Notes under the pieces: generated by a model | Told to the model about the DNA's origin: nothing | Database searches by the model: none | What the model saw: only the letters and a program-made list of their open reading frames with translations | Shown here: positions 26,894-32,000 of the stretch, piece after piece | Layout of the letters: each line of letters starts with the position of its first letter | How positions within the stretch are numbered: position 1 is the stretch's first letter | Source: Trichodesmium erythraeum IMS101 | Lineage (GTDB): Bacteria > Cyanobacteriota > Cyanobacteriia > Cyanobacteriales > Microcoleaceae | Direction of reading: 5' to 3' | Length of the DNA: 32,000 nt | Assembly: GCF_000014265.1 (NCBI RefSeq) | Contig: NC_008312.1 | Location: 330,001-362,000, forward strand | Translations under genes and position numbers: made by a program

Positions 26894-27769
26894 ATGAAAT
26901 ATAAACAAGTTATTATTTGTGCTTTGGGATTATTGGTAGGAATGACTCAACTAGTTTGGGGGGAATTTCAAAACCCACAAACAAGTAGACCAGGGAACAA
27001 ACGAGATCGGGGGAATCACATGACAGAAAGTAGACCAGAGCAGAGGAAAAAGAAGCCACCAGTTAATATGCCAATAAAGCATAAACCGTTTGAAAGCCCA
27101 CCAATAAGTAGACCAGGGAACAGAGGAGATGCGGGGCATCAGGCGATAGAACCTCATGGAGATGGACGGACTAGAGGTCCTAATAATCCTGCTGAATTAT
27201 GTCTTCAAATGGAAAAGCCTCTTTTGGCTCTCATTCCTCAAAGCAACTTCGGATACACTTTAGCAAGTCATCCGACTTTTTGGTTATATCTTCCTGGCTA
27301 TAACAACTCTATTAATTTCACTTTGAAGGATGAAGATACTGGAAAGGAAATTTATCAAACTAAGTTTAATGTTGAATCTGAACGGGGAATTATTAGTTTG
27401 AAGTTACCTTCTGCTGCACCGCGTTTACAGGTAGGAAAAGAATATCGTTGGCAATTTGTTTTTAACTGTAGAAATGAGTCCAAGAATTTATCTGTTGAAG
27501 CAGTGGTTGCGCGGAAGGCAACTACCGAGAGTTTGACTAGTCAGTTGAGCTCGGCTACAACTGTGATGGAAATGATAGATATTTATGGGAAAAATGGTTT
27601 GTGGCATGAGACTATTACGACATTAGGAAACTTGCGCCGGAGTTATCCTAATAATGTAGCGATCGCCACTAGATGGAATAGTTTATTGGAGCAAGATGGT
27701 ATCCGTTTTCCAGACTATGATTTGACTAAGACCGAGATTCAAAATTGTTGTAATGTTTCCGATCAGTAG
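26894..27769 (+). CDS. secreted DUF928-family protein
   Basis: 291-aa ORF with a signal-peptide-like N-terminus (VIICALGLLVGMTQLVWG). A basic Gly/Pro/Arg-rich segment ends in GDGRTRG. PLLALIPQSNFGYTLASHPTFWLYLPG and YRWQFVFNC resemble the DUF928 core as I recall it. GAGGGA SD upstream. Confidence 0.6.
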   Translation: MKYKQVIICALGLLVGMTQLVWGEFQNPQTSRPGNKRDRGNHMTESRPEQRKKKPPVNMPIKHKPFESPPISRPGNRGDAGHQAIEPHGDGRTRGPNNPAELCLQMEKPLLALIPQSNFGYTLASHPTFWLYLPGYNNSINFTLKDEDTGKEIYQTKFNVESERGIISLKLPSAAPRLQVGKEYRWQFVFNCRNESKNLSVEAVVARKATTESLTSQLSSATTVMEMIDIYGKNGLWHETITTLGNLRRSYPNNVAIATRWNSLLEQDGIRFPDYDLTKTEIQNCCNVSDQ

Positions 27770-27775
27770 TACTAA

Positions 27776-27791
27776 CAGGACTTACGCAGAA
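27776..27791 (+). repeat. solo copy of the CAGGACTTACGCA terminal-repeat motif
   Basis: CAGGACTTACGCAGAA matches the first 13 nt of the IS terminal inverted repeat at 28003. Confidence 0.5.
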
Positions 27792-28316
27792 TTATTATAT
27801 CTAGTAGGGTTTAATGACTATTAACCTCTACAGGCAGTGTATTATCTACAAGTTGGTATAAGTCTTATTTCCCTAAGTAGCTTGAGTCAAAAACGATTTT
27901 CGTAGCCTGGGTCGTAGATAAGTTACAGACAACATTCAGTGGTATATGTTTGAAATACCGAAGCTAGTTCCAAAGCTCAAAATATGACTATTGATAAATA
28001 ACCAGGACTTACGCAAGGACCCTATGTATAGCGCATATTTAATAGAGCGATCGCCTACTATTGGTGGCCTTATTACCATAAAAACCGAAATAACTTAAGG
28101 CTTAGGTATAGTTAATTTTTCTAAGCTCTATAAGTGTTGCTCTATGTAAATAAATCTTGCCCAACAACTCTTGCCCAAAGAATAATTTTATTTTTGGTTT
28201 GAGTTAATAATATGAATTTTAACTACCTTGATTATTATCAATAGTTACTAAATTATCATACAAATTATACCATCAAAAATTAATCAAATTACTTAGAAAA
28301 TATTAGCCATAATAAA

Positions 28317-28677
28317 ATTAATCGTTATTTCAGAACGTAATCTTTAAATTCAGAATACTTATGGTCACATTTGAGAGAAAAAATTATCCCAAATACAGCA
28401 GTATATCTAATTTTTAATGACACAGTAATTAACAAAAAATACGCGAATAAAATTTAACTTGTGTGACGGCAATATAGTAGTAATTAAAATCAAGTAATTA
28501 ATCGTTATTTCAGAACATAATCTTTAAATTCAGAATACTTATGGTCACATTTGAGAGAAAAAATTATCCCAAATACAGCAGCATATCTAATTTTTAATAG
28601 CATAGTAATTAACAAAAAATACGCGAATAAAATTTAACTTGTGCGACGGCAATATAGTAGCAATTAACATCAAGTAA
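28317..28677 (+). repeat. exact 180-nt-period tandem duplication inside the dead transposase gene
   Basis: 28321-28500 and 28501-28680 align position-for-position, with about eight substitutions by eye. Confidence 0.9.
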
Positions 28678-28709
28678 CTCGAGGAATAGGAATAGTTAAT
28701 TGTATATAT

Positions 28710-29048
28710 TTGAACCCCAAAAATGAACAATTTTTAGTATTAAATTACCGCATATATAATCCAGATAGTAACAAAAAAACTAAAATACACCATGTTAAAG
28801 AGATGAAATTTAATGTAATAAATCAGAAGAATTTACCATTTAAAACTGTATTAATAGATAGTTGTTATGCAACACAAAGATTAATAGCATTAATAGATAA
28901 TATGCGAAAAATTTATTATTGCTCTGAAAAATTAATCCAGAGCATAGATGATACTTGTGGTGCAGAAAAATTTGCTACATTAAGTTGGAATGAATCAGAA
29001 AGAAAATCAGGTAAAATAATAAAAATTAAAGGAATTATTTTGAGATAA
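28710..29048 (+). pseudogene. central fragment of the IS4/IS701-like DDE transposase
   Basis: The 112-aa ORF reads YRIYNPDSNKKTKIHHVKEM...LPFKTVLIDSCYATQRLIALIDNMRKIYYC...GKIIKIKG. This resembles cyanobacterial DDE transposases (..VLMDSWYA...L...I...GK.YYCPLK). The flanking frames are broken. Confidence 0.6.
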
Positions 29049-29582
29049 AAAAATCAATCTATTCTGGGCTACTATTTCTGCCAAGAGGACAGAATACATT
29101 GTCACTAATGACTTAAGTCAATCTTCTACAGATGATGTAGAATTCGAGTAGCAAACTAGATGGAAAATCGAAGAATTTTACACCAGAATCAAGTATTTAA
29201 AAGAAATATAATTTTGTTAATGTCATCTGGCAAAAATTCTAAAAAATCATATTGCTTACCCTATGTTTATCTGGAATCATTTGAAAAAAATAGCTTATAT
29301 TTTGGGTAAAACTATTTATCAGCTCAAACATCAATTATTATCTAAGTATCTAGTATCTCAACTTAAATATCCTGCAATTAAAACGACAGCTATTTAAGTT
29401 TTTTTCAATGAAAAACCAATTATAGCGATCGCTTAATTTTTCATCCGCTATATATAATGTCCTTGCGTAAGTCCTGAGAATAAAGTTGCCAGAAGTTTTC
29501 GCGATATTCGTTTTACCAATTAAGGTTAGAAACATTCCTAGTGATTTTTATCAAGAACTTCCTCTTTCACTCAGCTATCAAA

Positions 29583-31223
29583 TCAAGTTACTAACGAGGC
29601 AGATTCTAAATTTACTATTAATTTTAAACCAAACTCTTTTTCAAAGGCCTCCTTCTTATTTTCCAAACTCCACAATTCTAAAGCACAATCATCTTTAGGG
29701 TTAGCAGGCCGTAACCAGAGATGAAATTCCTGTTGCTTTGTGTTTAACCAACAGGTCAAATTAGCTATCGCCCCTTTTTGTCGCCTATCTAAAGCTACCG
29801 CTAAACGTAACAATGAACTCAACTGAGACACCATTTCTTGATATCTTTTGGGTAAAATTTGATAATGGTCGTGTTTTTTCTTGCATAAACTCTTGCGGTG
29901 ATAACGAGCTAAATTAGCAATAACTTCAATTTCAATTTGAGTATACCCCAATAACTCCCCATTTCTGATCAAATAGTAGGAATGTTTATGATGTTCTGAA
30001 TGATTTACATATATACCACAATTATGCAAAATTGCTGCTGACCATAACAATTCTCGTTCCTCACTTCCCCAGTTATGCAGAACTCCCATAGTTTGGTCAA
30101 ATAAATATAACGCCCAAAAAGCAACCCGTTCGCTATACTCCAAATTAACCTGGTATTTTTGCGCAATTTTTAGAGTATTTCGTTGGCGAATTGAACTTTG
30201 GAAACGAAGGTGATCCTCAATCAAACCATGATTCAACATCCAATCAACTATTACCCCCTCTCGCAAACTGCTTTCACACACAGTCACCGACTCCATCTCT
30301 AATAAACTCATTGCTTCGTGTAACACTAAAGCACCCGCCAAAATAATTTCTGCTCGCTTTTCGGACATTCCCAGAATTTCTCGTCTTTTAGAAATAGGTA
30401 ACTTCCTCAACTTATTAACCAACTCCTCTAATTCTGTCAAACTAAACTGATAACCACCCAGGGGAGCTGGTACATTACCCAATTTTTCATAAGCATTAAT
30501 AGTCGCTAAAGCTTCAATAGTACCAGCAGTTCCGACTAACTGAGGTTTTTCACCTTTCTTGATATTAGCTAATATGTTTTTGGTCGGGCGTTCTAATAAG
30601 CCTCTAATGTAAGCTTGCAGATAGGCAAACTCACTCTTACTAACGGGATTTGTGGTAACAAATTCTTTAGTCAGACGTACTGCACCTACTTTTGTACTAC
30701 TTAGAGTTCTCAGTGTATCACTATCACCTAAGATCAACTCTGTGGAACCTCCACCAATATCAATAATAACATGGGGTTGGTTATTAAATTCCATTGCTGA
30801 AAGTACCCCTAGATAAATTCGTCGTGCTTCTTCTTGACCAGATATCAAGTCAACATATAGGTTTAACTCATCAGCTATTCTATTGAGAAATTCTTTACCG
30901 TTAGGTGCTTCTCTTACAGCACTAGTAGCAACTGTAATGATTTGTTTAGCATTAGCACTTTTAGCAATTTGTTGGAAACGCTCTAAAGTAGCGATCGCTC
31001 TATCCATCACTTCTGGTTTTAAGTTACCTTTCGTGCCGCACTCTCCTAGTCTTACTGTTTCTTTATCTTGGTCAATAATAGTAAAAGTCGGCAAATTAGG
31101 ATCAATTTTTACTACAACCAAGTGCAACGAATTTGTACCAATATCTATTGCTGCTAATATCGGGTTTTGGCCTGCTAGTGGAGCAGGAAATCTAACTAAA
31201 GGAACTGATGTAATCATATACAA
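29583..31223 (-). CDS. ppx: Ppx/GppA-family phosphatase (exopolyphosphatase / pppGpp phosphohydrolase) with a C-terminal HD-like domain
   Basis: 546-aa ORF. It has the ASKHA motifs AAIDIGTNSLHLVV and IIDIGGGSTELIL, and a C-terminal HNCGIYVNHSEHHKHSYYLI. Confidence 0.9.
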   Translation of the reverse strand: MYMITSVPLVRFPAPLAGQNPILAAIDIGTNSLHLVVVKIDPNLPTFTIIDQDKETVRLGECGTKGNLKPEVMDRAIATLERFQQIAKSANAKQIITVATSAVREAPNGKEFLNRIADELNLYVDLISGQEEARRIYLGVLSAMEFNNQPHVIIDIGGGSTELILGDSDTLRTLSSTKVGAVRLTKEFVTTNPVSKSEFAYLQAYIRGLLERPTKNILANIKKGEKPQLVGTAGTIEALATINAYEKLGNVPAPLGGYQFSLTELEELVNKLRKLPISKRREILGMSEKRAEIILAGALVLHEAMSLLEMESVTVCESSLREGVIVDWMLNHGLIEDHLRFQSSIRQRNTLKIAQKYQVNLEYSERVAFWALYLFDQTMGVLHNWGSEERELLWSAAILHNCGIYVNHSEHHKHSYYLIRNGELLGYTQIEIEVIANLARYHRKSLCKKKHDHYQILPKRYQEMVSQLSSLLRLAVALDRRQKGAIANLTCWLNTKQQEFHLWLRPANPKDDCALELWSLENKKEAFEKEFGLKLIVNLESASLVT

Positions 31224-31710
31224 CGTATTTTAAATTGCTGATACAACGTATTTTAAATTACTGATACAATGTATTTTCAATTACATATATCCGAAATTTT
31301 ATATTAAAAAATGTTATATATTTAATTATTATATAACATTAGTAAAATTGACATTTGTTCTTGACAAACAATATTTTTTAAGGTATTTAAAATGAAAAAA
31401 TTAGAAAATAATCTTAAGTGTTACAACATATTCTGAGTCTGTAAAGTAAAAATATTAACCTTCTAACCTTTATCCTGTGAATACCTTGGCAGCTAGTAAT
31501 CTACCTGACTGAGATAAAATGACCATACATATAAGCTAGAAAAATATTGACCCAAAAATAAGGTCTCAAACTTCTGACTTTAGTGGCCAGTAATAATAAC
31601 TGATAACTAATATACCTCTAGGAAAATTAATCTCAAACTTTTGAATTTACTAGGCAAAAACTTAGTTTCCGCAGATATCTAATAACTAACAACTCATAAC
31701 CAATAACTGA

Positions 31711-32000
31711 AATGACCCAAGCCGCTTCACCTGAATCAACCTTAATGAAAGTCATCAGACTTCTCAGATGGGATAAACCTGCCGGGCGTTTTATTTTAAT
31801 GATTCCTGCCTTGTGGGCTGTTTTTTTAGCGACCCATGCCATGCCACCTATACCATTAGTCGGAGTAATAGTAGTAGGAACATTAGCTACCAGTGCTGCC
31901 GGTTGTGTAGTTAATGATTTATGGGACCGAGATATTGACTCAGAAGTAGAGAGAACTCGTGATCGCCCCTTGACATCCCGCGCTCTGACCATTCAAACAG
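31711..32000 (+). CDS. ubiA: UbiA-family 4-hydroxybenzoate polyprenyl(solanesyl)transferase, 5' partial (runs off the window end)
   Basis: Hand translation gives MTQAASPESTLMKVIRLLRWDKPAGRFILMIPALWAVFLA...AAGCVVNDLWDRDIDSEVERTRDRPLTSRAL. It contains the UbiA NDxxDxxxD motif. The minus ORF 31633-31992 in the track is its shadow. Confidence 0.85.

Larger units (their letters stand above)
28003..29476 (+). mobile_element. IS4/IS701-like insertion sequence with perfect 18-bp terminal inverted repeats and a pseudogenised transposase
   Basis: CAGGACTTACGCAAGGAC (28003-28020) is the exact reverse complement of 29459-29476. The interior encodes transposase-like fragments in several frames: DTVINKKYANKI.LV.RQYS; the ORF at 28710-29048; and later ..TEYIVTND-like CH**LKS.., GKTIYQLKHQLLSKYLVSQLKYP. 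Confidence 0.7.

Noticed and set aside
31633-31992. 119-aa minus-strand ORF at the window end
   Set aside because: The plus strand encodes a clear UbiA-family N-terminus with the NDxxDxxxD motif, so the minus ORF is its antisense shadow.

Overview
The window looks like chromosomal DNA from a filamentous, probably Nostocales, cyanobacterium. It is AT-rich, has more than a dozen GCGATCGC (HIP1) palindromes, heptamer STRR-like repeats and GGTTGGGTT...ACCCAAC hairpin repeats. All family calls come from motifs read by eye; no searches were run.

Housekeeping genes:
- creatininase-family protein (834-1637)
- glycogen phosphorylase (2920-5472, minus)
- HpnH-like radical SAM (7202-8224, minus)
- Ppx/GppA phosphatase (29583-31223, minus)
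- 5' part of a UbiA-type prenyltransferase (31711-32000)

Two accessory loci lie between them.

Locus A (about 9351-21063) is a candidate new peptide-modification and export system, and the strongest candidate in the window.
- It has an APH-fold kinase next to a HopA1-like protein. This pairing is known from class V lanthipeptide and thioamitide dehydration.
- Two small genes are missing from the ORF track (12751-12924 and 13694-13852). They encode identical 38-aa double-glycine leaders fused to unrelated cores, and they sit in a tandemly duplicated cassette of about 0.9 kb.
- A convergent minus-strand operon encodes an IS630-type HTH protein, a cNMP-binding/C39-peptidase/ABC exporter, a repeat-expanded HlyD adaptor and a parvulin-like PPIase.
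- Inverted copies of a decayed IS-like element bracket the locus.

Locus B (22378-27769) encodes an HTH plus AAA-like NTPase, a paralogous AAA-like NTPase fused to a membrane CHASE2 sensor with no recognisable output domain, and a secreted DUF928 protein.

Several decayed mobile elements are also present: ISAs1-like, TnpB-like and IS4/IS701-like with perfect 18-bp terminal inverted repeats.
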